64,000 nucleotides of DNA, from positions 1-64,000 of the IMG/VR virus record IMGVR_UViG_3300020379_000824, one strand, 5' to 3'. Below are positions 17,334 through 26,200 of the stretch, piece after piece. The position numbers were made by a program, and so were the translations under genes. The notes under the pieces are model-generated. The model had not been told where the DNA came from. It saw nothing but the letters and a program-made list of their open reading frames with translations, and ran no database searches. Within the stretch, counting starts at the first letter, position 1; each line of letters starts with the position of its first letter. The stretch comes from an uncultured virus (IMG/VR IMGVR_UViG_3300020379_000824) (lineage: Duplodnaviria; Heunggongvirae; Uroviricota; Caudoviricetes).

Positions 17334-19715
17334 TTAGTAAGCACCAGCTAAGGTTTTGATTCTTTCGAGTTCTTCGATTTCTTCTGCGCCTTGCTCTTGT
17401 GCCGGTGCCATACGCTCTACCATTTTACGAGCAACTTGTCCTGCATGTTCGCCGAACTTCTTGTCTACCATAGTAGCAACACCTTCTGGACCTTTTGGAA
17501 AAGTACCACTTTGTCTATCGTACATGCTTACAATAAATTGTGCTACTTCGTTAATATCATATGACTTGCCATCAACTTCGAAAGACTTTTTACCAGCTTT
17601 TTTGGCTTTATCCATTGCGCCTGAAAACTTGTTGCCTTCGCCAAAATCTGGCTCATCTTGTTTTTCAATATGATTGCCTTCGTCATCAAAGTCTGTGTCA
17701 ACCATATCAATTGCAAACATAGCATCAGCTGCGTCATACTTGCCATTTCTAATTGCATCTTTAACTTTGTCTTTTGGCATTTTTAATTTGTGATCTTCGT
17801 CTGTAAAGTCACCTAAAATTTCTTCAGCACCAATTAACGCATCACTTACTCTACCTTCTTTTTGTGTTCCTTCGTGTTGTTTATGATCTGCGTTATCGTA
17901 TGTTTCTTGTGCGTCCTCTTGACATGCTGCCATTAACTCGTCCATGTCTTGCATTTCAAGATCCATGTCAGCATCAAAACCTAATTTACTGTTACCGTCC
18001 ATTTGGCAATCAAGTGATATTGATTTAGGATCAACTACAATTCTTACTGGTCCGTCATCGCCTTCAATACTTGCTTTATACGATACAGTGCAAGGTGTCA
18101 TTTCGCCGTCATCGCCTGTTCCTTCCCATTCAAACTCGCCTTCGAACTCGTCTGGCATAAAACCTTCTTGTTGTGGCTCTGCTTGATCAGCACTTACTGC
18201 TGGCTCATCAACCATATCACCAAAGTCTAATGCTTCTAGTTGCTCAGGTGCATGTTCTTCTACCCATGCTTTAACAAGTGGACGAGCATCGCCGTTTGGA
18301 TCTTCCTTTGCCTTCATTTTAATATCGTTAAACAGTCTGTTGTCTTCGATAATACCTTTTAAACTTTGAATAGCATTTGTGCCATCTACGCCTACTGGAA
18401 AGTCTTGGCTTACTAATTCATTTAGACTTGCAACTGCCTCTTTAATTTCTTCGTCGCTGCCTGCTGTAAGTGGTGAATCTTCACCTAATGCCATTGCCCA
18501 ATTTTCAAATGCTGCAAACGGATCACTAGATTCATCCATGTCATGTATGCCGTTACCATTATCATCAACCCAATGTCCTCCATTCTCATCGTGTGAGTCA
18601 TGATCACAATCGGTTGTAGGTTTGTGCATTACATCTCCACAATCCTTACAATGATACTTGTCTGATTCAGTTTTTGTCATTTCGACTATGTCGTCATAGC
18701 CTACAATTTCATCTTCTTTCATTAGTCTGTATAGTACAGGAAATACTGATGTTAAATCTTCTTTAAAATTTCTTACTGTAAATTGATCTTTAAATTGCTC
18801 CATTACATCATCTGGAACTTCCATTGCCTCTGGTGCCTGGAAACTTTCTACATATGATTCGTAGTGAGCCTGTTTAGACATTTTTGCAATTCTTTCTCTA
18901 AGGGAATCAAGTTGGCCTTTGCTACGTTCAACAACTGAATTTGTGTCGGAGTTCATTAAGTCGTTACGTACAACATAGCCTGTGAAACTTTTTAATTGTG
19001 CAATCTCTTCACTCATTTTAATAATGCTTTCACCAATTGCATCATATGGAGCACCACCATTTGCAACGTGTCTTTGCATAGCTCTTGCGCCTGCTAAGTG
19101 AATGAAAGGATATTTAAATCTTTCACCTTCTTGGTTTTCAACAAACAAAGCAGCAATATTTCTTGATCTATCACCTGGCTTCATTTCTGTATCATCAGCA
19201 AGTTTTTTACTGTGCTTAATAATTAATCTTGTATCTTCCAATTTTTGGAAGCTCTGTTTCTTAGTCCCGTATAAGGTGCTCTCGTTCATTTTATTCTCTC
19301 CGACTGGTTTTACTATAGTGTCATTATCTGCTTGAGGATTTGAATATTGACTTAGGAATGCATAATCCCTTTGGTCTAGATTGTCTTTAGCAATGTCTCT
19401 AGTATCAAATGCTAGTAGTCGACGCTTACTAAACTTTCTTAATTCTTTTAAAAATCCGTACCAATTGTCTTTTTGTGAATCATCCATGCCTTCAGTAATA
19501 CCATTTGAAAAGTATACTTTCATTGAATTTGCTTCAGCAAGACTAATACTCACGTGTCCAATGTTCTTATCTCCTTCATTATAATCGAAGTCAAAGAATC
19601 TGGCTTCCTCTGGGTTTATAGTAATTGACCCAGCGGCATCTCCTAATTTTAAACCTTTGAATCTGCTTCTAATTTTATAGAACAGATCGGTTGCTATGTT
19701 GTTAGTTGCGTCCAT
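17334..19715 (-). CDS. large acidic phage protein, possibly head-internal or scaffold-like
   Basis: 793 aa from MDATNN (start set by the late box at 19721-27); E/D-rich modular C-terminal half; directly downstream of terminase. Confidence 0.7.
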   Translation of the reverse strand: MDATNNIATDLFYKIRSRFKGLKLGDAAGSITINPEEARFFDFDYNEGDKNIGHVSISLAEANSMKVYFSNGITEGMDDSQKDNWYGFLKELRKFSKRRLLAFDTRDIAKDNLDQRDYAFLSQYSNPQADNDTIVKPVGENKMNESTLYGTKKQSFQKLEDTRLIIKHSKKLADDTEMKPGDRSRNIAALFVENQEGERFKYPFIHLAGARAMQRHVANGGAPYDAIGESIIKMSEEIAQLKSFTGYVVRNDLMNSDTNSVVERSKGQLDSLRERIAKMSKQAHYESYVESFQAPEAMEVPDDVMEQFKDQFTVRNFKEDLTSVFPVLYRLMKEDEIVGYDDIVEMTKTESDKYHCKDCGDVMHKPTTDCDHDSHDENGGHWVDDNGNGIHDMDESSDPFAAFENWAMALGEDSPLTAGSDEEIKEAVASLNELVSQDFPVGVDGTNAIQSLKGIIEDNRLFNDIKMKAKEDPNGDARPLVKAWVEEHAPEQLEALDFGDMVDEPAVSADQAEPQQEGFMPDEFEGEFEWEGTGDDGEMTPCTVSYKASIEGDDGPVRIVVDPKSISLDCQMDGNSKLGFDADMDLEMQDMDELMAACQEDAQETYDNADHKQHEGTQKEGRVSDALIGAEEILGDFTDEDHKLKMPKDKVKDAIRNGKYDAADAMFAIDMVDTDFDDEGNHIEKQDEPDFGEGNKFSGAMDKAKKAGKKSFEVDGKSYDINEVAQFIVSMYDRQSGTFPKGPEGVATMVDKKFGEHAGQVARKMVERMAPAQEQGAEEIEELERIKTLAGAY

Positions 19716-19726
19716 ATAACTATTTA

Positions 19727-21316
19727 TCAAAATCCTGTACTTACGAAGATCGGCATTGGGAACTGATCTTCCGTCATTCTTTCTGTCATTTTATCGTAAA
19801 TCTTAGGATCCCAATCAGATAATACGTTAGCCATACGTACAATTAATAACGTTGCGGCCACTAAATCGTCATGTTCACCTGTTTTTGCACCGTACCCAAC
19901 ACCGTGTGCTACGAATGTTTTTAGCTCTGATATAAGCGGTTTACTGTGTATTTTCATCTTATTCTTTTCTAATAAGTTCTTTAATCCGCTACATGCAGTA
20001 ATCTTTGTTTTGTGTGTAGTGTTAAATCCTTTCCTATAGCGTCTAACATGTCCTTTTCTAATAGGTTCACTTAAGAACAAGCCGTTAAAGTTTTCTTCGC
20101 CTATATCTGCAATAACAACAAGTGCTGCTTCGCCAATGGTATTGTTTTCTACACTATAATATATAGTAGGATTTGGATTACCGCCATTTGCACATTCGCT
20201 TTGAATGTACTGTAATATTTCTCTTAATGTTCTTACTTGCTGTTGTATTGGTGTTAAATTATGTCGCCATTCTCCTACCTGTTCCATACTAGGCATTTCA
20301 AATATTTGAATAGCACCATAGTCACCACCTGTACCTAAACTTGGATCCATACTTACTAAGTATGTTGCTTTAGGATTAATTTTCTTATACCAGCGTGTTT
20401 GACCTGTATTCATAACAGGTTCTGATCCTTCTAGTTCAGCCAACTTAACACTATTAATAAGTGTTTCATCAAAGATTAAGAATTCACAATCAAATTCACG
20501 TCTAAAACGTTCGTCACCAATCTTTGCTTTTTCTTGTGCTGCCCAGTCGTCATCTCTATCTGGATGTTCTGTCCAAGGAGCAAAGTAAGGAAAAAATCCG
20601 TTAGTACCTACTCCCATATCATTACCATGATCGTCAAACTTTTTATTTGCTTCTGTCCAAATCATAGCAAACTGATCTTCGTCTGAGTTTGGTGTACTTG
20701 TAACAATCGCTTTACCACCTGTTGACAGTGTAGGAGAAAGTGCAGTCCAAAACTCTTTGGCTTTCTCTGGGGGTTGCACAAATGCAAACTCATCACAGTA
20801 TATTAATGAAAGTGATTTACCACGTCCAGTATCTTCTGTTGTGGTAGTTGCTTGTATTCTACTACCGTTATCAAATTCAATTGTGTTTCTGTTGTATGTG
20901 TAGATACCTGCACGAATAAAATCTGGCAAAGTTTCATAACCGTATCTATATCTATTCATAATATCCTGCGCACCTGTATATTTGTGTGCAGCAATTAGTA
21001 CTTGTGCTTCAGGTGTAAACATAGTATACCATAATAAGTATCCAGCAGCACATGTTGTTTTACCCATCTGTCTTGGTAACATAGCAACACAGTATCTATT
21101 TTCTGCGTATGCTTGTATTAGCTCTCGTTGAAATCCGTAAGGAACAAACTTCATCGAGCCTTTTGTTGGGTGTTGAATAGATAAAAAGTTTTCGCAGAAA
21201 TACAAAGGTCCTGTAATAGGATCCATACAAGCCTCTAAGTGCTTGACTTCTTCTAACGTATATTTTTGTTTGCTGTGGGCCTTCTTAATCTGAACGCCAT
21301 CTAAACTCTTTGCCAT
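19727..21316 (-). CDS. gp17: terminase large subunit (T4 gp17-like)
   Basis: PRQMGKT Walker A, YCDEFAF Walker B, TSTPN, MDPSLG, VENN, HDDLV nuclease motifs. Confidence 0.95.
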   Translation of the reverse strand: MAKSLDGVQIKKAHSKQKYTLEEVKHLEACMDPITGPLYFCENFLSIQHPTKGSMKFVPYGFQRELIQAYAENRYCVAMLPRQMGKTTCAAGYLLWYTMFTPEAQVLIAAHKYTGAQDIMNRYRYGYETLPDFIRAGIYTYNRNTIEFDNGSRIQATTTTEDTGRGKSLSLIYCDEFAFVQPPEKAKEFWTALSPTLSTGGKAIVTSTPNSDEDQFAMIWTEANKKFDDHGNDMGVGTNGFFPYFAPWTEHPDRDDDWAAQEKAKIGDERFRREFDCEFLIFDETLINSVKLAELEGSEPVMNTGQTRWYKKINPKATYLVSMDPSLGTGGDYGAIQIFEMPSMEQVGEWRHNLTPIQQQVRTLREILQYIQSECANGGNPNPTIYYSVENNTIGEAALVVIADIGEENFNGLFLSEPIRKGHVRRYRKGFNTTHKTKITACSGLKNLLEKNKMKIHSKPLISELKTFVAHGVGYGAKTGEHDDLVAATLLIVRMANVLSDWDPKIYDKMTERMTEDQFPMPIFVSTGF

Positions 21317-21330
21317 ACTAGTATTTACTC

Positions 21331-21357
21331 AAAAAAATAGCACCCGAAGGTGCTATT
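21331..21357 (-). terminator. rho-independent terminator with UUCG tetraloop
   Basis: AATAGCACC-TTCG-GGTGCTATT-TTTTT. Confidence 0.9.
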
Positions 21358-21376
21358 GAATCTTATAATAGCAGTA

Positions 21377-21811
21377 TTATGCTAATTCTAGTGTAGTTTT
21401 TACTGTACAAGTAACACCAGTAAAGTCAATTTGTGCTGGTGTAGCACCTGATAAATCAGTTAGTGCAATAATCTCATCTTCGATTTGCTCAACAAGTGTT
21501 TCAGCACCTGCACCATCATAGTCTAATGAATCATTTGGTTGCTCAACTACAAGTGCAAACTTTTGGTTTGTACCATATAGTGCGCCACGAATAACAACAG
21601 TACAATATTTTTCGACAATACGCATAATGCTTTCAATTGCTAAACCGCTTCCTGTTTGAGCATTTACTGCTGCGCCACATGCAACTTCAAAAACTGTTAA
21701 AGTTTTGTTACCGTTGTAATGTATTGCTGTCATGTCAGCGTATGGTTTTCTGTTTTCAGCAACTTTTACTGAGCTACCGCCACCGATTGTTGATTGTGTT
21801 AAATCTGCCAT
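21377..21811 (-). CDS. hypothetical, probably virion structural protein
   Basis: 144 aa, GGAG RBS, ends at a strong terminator in the structural region. Confidence 0.6.
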   Translation of the reverse strand: MADLTQSTIGGGSSVKVAENRKPYADMTAIHYNGNKTLTVFEVACGAAVNAQTGSGLAIESIMRIVEKYCTVVIRGALYGTNQKFALVVEQPNDSLDYDGAGAETLVEQIEDEIIALTDLSGATPAQIDFTGVTCTVKTTLELA

Positions 21812-22473
21812 TACTTCTCTCCCTTAGCTTCTGCTAAACGTTGTGCAAGTTCAGCTTTAATTTGAGCTCTTAGGTCATCACCTTCTTTTACTTTTTTCAT
21901 AGGATTGTCACCGTCAGCTACTTTAGGATGTGTACCTTTAGGACGGTTCATTCCACCTGCTAATTTGTTTTGCATATAGTCAATGTCTCTGTGGTCTTCA
22001 TCAGGCTCATTAGCATATGCTTCTTCTTTATCTTTTTTCTCTGCGTCGTGGTCGTCCATGTCGTGGTCGCCATCGTCGTCTTTGTCTAAACCTTTGATCA
22101 TATCGTGATCTGCATCATGGTCATCTTTGTCCATGTCCATATCCATATCACCGCCTGGCTTGTCATCATTATCGCCATCAAAGTCTGGAATCAATTTGTT
22201 GATTGGCTTTGGCATAGCAATAGTCATGTCTGGCATATCAGGCATTTCTGGTTTTTCAGGTTGGTTAATCATATCTGGATTAACCTTTGTCATTAATTTT
22301 AATACGTCTTCGATAGCATCACCTTCAGCACTGATGTTAACATTCATTCTTGCTTTGTCTTTACCTTCTGGTGCTGTCATTGGAGCCTGTGGCATTGGAA
22401 CTGGCATCTCTGTAACAGGTGCATCAGTTGTATCAAGCTCACGCATTCTTTGCATAAGTTCATTAAAGTTCAT
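21811..22473 (-). CDS. acidic Met/Asp-rich hypothetical protein
   Basis: DFDGDND and DKDDDGDHD EF-hand-like DxDxDG stretches. Confidence 0.7.
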   Translation of the reverse strand: MNFNELMQRMRELDTTDAPVTEMPVPMPQAPMTAPEGKDKARMNVNISAEGDAIEDVLKLMTKVNPDMINQPEKPEMPDMPDMTIAMPKPINKLIPDFDGDNDDKPGGDMDMDMDKDDHDADHDMIKGLDKDDDGDHDMDDHDAEKKDKEEAYANEPDEDHRDIDYMQNKLAGGMNRPKGTHPKVADGDNPMKKVKEGDDLRAQIKAELAQRLAEAKGEK

Positions 22474-23054
22474 TATTTACTCCCTACAGGGCTCTTAGCA
22501 CCCGCTTTGTCAGTTTTAATCTTAGGAACATCTGCAAAAACGTCTGCTTTTAGTTTGTCGTGTCCTAATTCCTTTTTACGTTCTTTAGCAGTTTTAGATA
22601 AGTCTTTCAAAAATGATTTGTTAAACTCATCACCAAAGTAGTCTTTGTATTTGACTTTGCCTGCTTCTTTATATTCGTTGTCGTGTAATAGTGCGCCTTC
22701 TCTTTTGTCATCATTAACTTGATACTCTTCAGTTGGGTTGGCACTGTTTCTTACTTTACAATGTTCTGCTGCGCAACCACAATCTTCACAACATGCCTTA
22801 TGTACTTCTAATGGAGTAATAGGATAGTTTGTAACAAGATTAAATGTAGTTACTTCCATATTAGACAACTCTGGAAAATCCAAAGGAACTTCCGTAACTG
22901 GTGTCTTATTCATTTCCTCGCAAGTTACTACTTCTCTAGAAGCCATGCAGGCCTTTAGTCTATCGCAAAAGCCTTCAGGAACTTCGCCTGCTACTTTTAC
23001 GTTGAAGCTGTATACTTTCTTGCTTTCTGTCAAATATTCATTGAACGTTTTCAT
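22473..23054 (-). CDS. hypothetical head-associated protein with a capsid-targeting-like N-terminus
   Basis: Starts MKTFNEYLTES; late box 5 nt upstream of the ATG. Confidence 0.65.
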   Translation of the reverse strand: MKTFNEYLTESKKVYSFNVKVAGEVPEGFCDRLKACMASREVVTCEEMNKTPVTEVPLDFPELSNMEVTTFNLVTNYPITPLEVHKACCEDCGCAAEHCKVRNSANPTEEYQVNDDKREGALLHDNEYKEAGKVKYKDYFGDEFNKSFLKDLSKTAKERKKELGHDKLKADVFADVPKIKTDKAGAKSPVGSK

Positions 23055-23062
23055 ACTAGTAT

Positions 23063-23569
23063 TTATTCCTTTCCGCCTAATTTCTTCATAAGTTCGTTAC
23101 GATCTAGCATAACATACCCAGATCCATTAACAATTTCATTGGGATCTTCGGGTGAATCTTGGTCAAGTTTAAGTTTTCTCATCTGCAAATCAACTGCTTT
23201 TAACTTTTTGTCAATTTTAGCAGATTTAGCATCTACTGCATTCTTAAGCATACTTCCAGCAACTTCAAAAATACGTCCACTGTAGCGTACCTCTACATTC
23301 ATACCCAAATCCATAAGATCATCATATGCTTTCTCAGCTTTATCAGCTAAGTGATCTAGGTCTGATTCACCTAGAGTATCCAATTCTTTTACTGCGGGTA
23401 AATCCTTAGTAATGTTTTGGATTGCTTGATAACTTTGATCTACACTTTTTATTTCGGCTTCCATTTCTTCAGCCTTAACTACCGAAGTTTCAACCTCTGT
23501 TGGCTCTTCGATTTTAGGCTCTTTGTCCTGTTCTTCCAAATTAAAAAGTTCCTCTAATTTCTTTGTCAT
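23063..23569 (-). CDS. probable terminase small subunit (gp16-like)
   Basis: Size; helical core with GRIFEVAGSML resembling the gp16 R..EV motif; C-terminal DRNELMKKL; near the large terminase. Confidence 0.5.
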   Translation of the reverse strand: MTKKLEELFNLEEQDKEPKIEEPTEVETSVVKAEEMEAEIKSVDQSYQAIQNITKDLPAVKELDTLGESDLDHLADKAEKAYDDLMDLGMNVEVRYSGRIFEVAGSMLKNAVDAKSAKIDKKLKAVDLQMRKLKLDQDSPEDPNEIVNGSGYVMLDRNELMKKLGGKE

Positions 23570-23577
23570 ATTATTAC

Positions 23578-24018
23578 TTATCTTCGTTTCGGTCCGGTGT
23601 GAAAAATATCTTCTTCAGTTACAACTCTAAAACGTACTCCTTTTTGCTTACACCATGCTGTAGCTGCTTCCCATTTTGCCATATTAAGCACATACTGTTC
23701 TTGATTGTATCTACTTTTGCCAACATTTTCTCTCATGGTTTGATTTTTAGGTTTAACTTCTATTACTTCTGCATGTTGCTTACCTTTTTTATCTGCGTAA
23801 ACAATAAAGAAGTCAGGTACGTAAATTGTATGTTTGCCTGTTAATGGACTTCTATAAGGTATTTGAATACTTTCACTTGCCCACTTTGCAACACCTTGGT
23901 GCTCATCTAACATTCTCATAAAAACAGTTTCCCAACTTGAACGAGCCATTGGTGTTTTATTACCAATATACTTACTGGGGTTTTTCATTTCAAACTTGCC
24001 TTGAGCAAACTTGGGCAT
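23578..24018 (-). CDS. gp4: head completion nuclease (gp4, TnsA-like)
   Basis: RSSWE, WASE, YVPDF, IEVKP, KWEAA; start MPKFAQG preferred. Confidence 0.88.
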   Translation of the reverse strand: MPKFAQGKFEMKNPSKYIGNKTPMARSSWETVFMRMLDEHQGVAKWASESIQIPYRSPLTGKHTIYVPDFFIVYADKKGKQHAEVIEVKPKNQTMRENVGKSRYNQEQYVLNMAKWEAATAWCKQKGVRFRVVTEEDIFHTGPKRR

Positions 24019-24019
24019 G

Positions 24020-24385
24020 TTAAGCACTCACATTACGTTGTTTTGAGACATCTTCTACCGGTGTACGATAGCCTAGTGTTGAAGTTGATGGTCTATTATT
24101 ATTTAGAATTTCAGCAACCAAAGCACTGATTTGTAATTGTTCTAAACCTGTAATATCATCTAACACTTTTGTTATAGGCATGTTTTCTAACTTTGCCTGT
24201 TTTAATAATGCTGATGCAACAACTGATGCTGCACTATCGTCGAAACCTTTTAATTTAAAAAATCCAATTGCTGCATCATAGTCAACAGCATTATATTCTA
24301 AAGGTTCTTTACCGTATTGGTCAAAGTAAAGTCTAGTACGTGCTGCACTATCTTGTATTTCCTTTGCTGGTAAATTAGTAGGCAT
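24020..24385 (-). CDS. hypothetical protein (tail/baseplate region)
   Basis: 121-aa ORF with AGGA RBS. Confidence 0.65.
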   Translation of the reverse strand: MPTNLPAKEIQDSAARTRLYFDQYGKEPLEYNAVDYDAAIGFFKLKGFDDSAASVVASALLKQAKLENMPITKVLDDITGLEQLQISALVAEILNNNRPSTSTLGYRTPVEDVSKQRNVSA

Positions 24386-24386
24386 G

Positions 24387-25490
24387 TTATGTTCCTATAT
24401 CCTGTCTTCCTACGCCGGTGCCGCCACGTGTTACTTTTTTCTTTGCAGTAGTAGTTCCGTTGGCTGCATCATTCTTCGGAAAGAATATTCCTGCTGCACC
24501 TGATATTGTATTTGAAATTTGTTGTATGCCACCTGGGCTTGTTAAAATATTAACACCTTCATTAATAATAGATTCTTTACTTAATCCTCTAATATTTTTA
24601 TATGTGTTAACTGCGGCAATTGCTGTACCTAAAAATGACTTAGGACTATCAAATGCACTACCGTTACCAACAGCACCAAACACTGCTTCGAGTCCGTCAA
24701 GTACGCCGCCTTCTCCTAGTAGTAATCCTGTTCCTCCTCCTGCTATACCTAGTGGAGATGAAACTGTATCGTAGTGTAAGTTTGCAAAGCCTTTGGGCGA
24801 ACCTTGACTGACTGTTCCTGCTGTGTATTGCACTGCTTCGTATTGTAATGACATTGTGCTTTCAGCAGTTTCAGAACCTGCTGCCATTTCCATACCACCT
24901 GCTGTCCACTGTTGTATTTTTGGATTAACTAGTGTGTAGCCAACAAAGCGTCTACGTCCCATTGTAAAGATAGTAACAGATTTAAAGAAGTCCGCAGTAG
25001 ATCCGTTATCAAAACCAAATGCATAATTGCCTGTTTCTTTATTTCTATATTGATCTCTATCAAACGCTGCTGTAGGATTAGATCTATCTGCAATGTAGTA
25101 TCCATAGTATAAAGCCCACATAGCACTTATAACACCTTGGTTATCATCGTGCATAGTAAACTGCACAGGATCATATTGAATTCGTTTATATACGTTATGC
25201 TTTTTATTATACTGGTTTAGTGTATCCATTTGGAAAGTAAACTTAGGTAAGTCTACTCCTTTAACTAACAGTCCTGTTTCTTCAGCATGTTTGCTTTTGA
25301 AGTGAGCAGCCTTAACTGCTATAGGATCCATTTCAAATCTAACGTAATAATTAAATTTAGTCTTAGGTGCAAGACGCATTGTGTTATCAATGAACAGTCT
25401 TGTGGCATGAGTATAGTTACCCATAATACCTTTAGGTTGGGTAAGTCCTGTTGCGAAATCGCCTAAGAATCTTGTGAATTTATTTGCCAT
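24387..25490 (-). CDS. tail-tube-like baseplate/tube junction protein (gp48/gp54-like)
   Basis: VDLPKF...NQYN...YDPVQFTMHDD tube-fold pattern; adjacent to the tube gene. Confidence 0.6.
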   Translation of the reverse strand: MANKFTRFLGDFATGLTQPKGIMGNYTHATRLFIDNTMRLAPKTKFNYYVRFEMDPIAVKAAHFKSKHAEETGLLVKGVDLPKFTFQMDTLNQYNKKHNVYKRIQYDPVQFTMHDDNQGVISAMWALYYGYYIADRSNPTAAFDRDQYRNKETGNYAFGFDNGSTADFFKSVTIFTMGRRRFVGYTLVNPKIQQWTAGGMEMAAGSETAESTMSLQYEAVQYTAGTVSQGSPKGFANLHYDTVSSPLGIAGGGTGLLLGEGGVLDGLEAVFGAVGNGSAFDSPKSFLGTAIAAVNTYKNIRGLSKESIINEGVNILTSPGGIQQISNTISGAAGIFFPKNDAANGTTTAKKKVTRGGTGVGRQDIGT

Positions 25491-25506
25491 ACTATTATTT
25501 AGCCAT

Positions 25507-25535
25507 AAAAAAAGCCCGGAAAATAAACCGGGCTT
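25507..25535 (-). terminator. rho-independent terminator after the tail tube gene
   Basis: AAGCCCGG-loop-CCGGGCTT-TTTTT. Confidence 0.85.
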
Positions 25536-25558
25536 CTTCTACTTGATTGTAAAATCTC

Positions 25559-26200
25559 TTAGCCTTGAGCGCCTGAAGAACCTGTAGTAGATTCACCAAT
25601 TGTTCTGCCAACGTTTGCGCCAATACCAACGCCAACGCCTTGCTCGCCTGCGCCCCACTGTACCATGTTATCAAAACGTATAGTAAGTGCAACTTGCATA
25701 GCTTCGTTAGTAGCGTAGTTAGCGTCACCGTAGTCTACGTTAGTTAGGAAACAACCATACATGTTTGCTGTTTCTAATACGCTTACTCCGTTTTCACTAG
25801 CACCGTTACCACCGTCTAGTACTTCAATTTTAGTTGAGAATTTGTAGTCAATACCTGATCTAGCAGATGCTTGTTCAACAAAGTCGAACTGCTTCTGGAC
25901 CTGTTGGCCGACTAGTTTCTGTACAAAGCCACTAGCATCGTCACGTAAGTTTAATGTTAGTGTTTCAAAAGTATACTTACCTGCTAAGAATACCTTTGAG
26001 TTGTACACGTCTAACTGCATTTCTTCAAAACCTACTTTTGGTCTTGAAACATCTACAACCTGTTTAGTAAGTTCTGTTGCAGCACTAACTCCAAATCCTA
26101 AAAGTGTCACCCTAAAGCGATATTTTAGTTTAGGCATCAAGAGCACTTGGTTGCCTGCGTCTGTTGGTACTCCAAAGTTGTTAAGTGATGTAATAGGCAT
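25559..26200 (-). CDS. gp19: tail tube protein (gp19-like)
   Basis: PKLKYRFRV, AGKYTFETLTLNLRDD, LTIRFDN; directly downstream of the sheath. Confidence 0.85.
   Translation of the reverse strand: MPITSLNNFGVPTDAGNQVLLMPKLKYRFRVTLLGFGVSAATELTKQVVDVSRPKVGFEEMQLDVYNSKVFLAGKYTFETLTLNLRDDASGFVQKLVGQQVQKQFDFVEQASARSGIDYKFSTKIEVLDGGNGASENGVSVLETANMYGCFLTNVDYGDANYATNEAMQVALTIRFDNMVQWGAGEQGVGVGIGANVGRTIGESTTGSSGAQG

Noticed and set aside
14723..21316. Intein or intron in uvsX or terminase
   Set aside because: Both have ordinary lengths and continuous motifs, with no intein-like C...HN insert or frame break.
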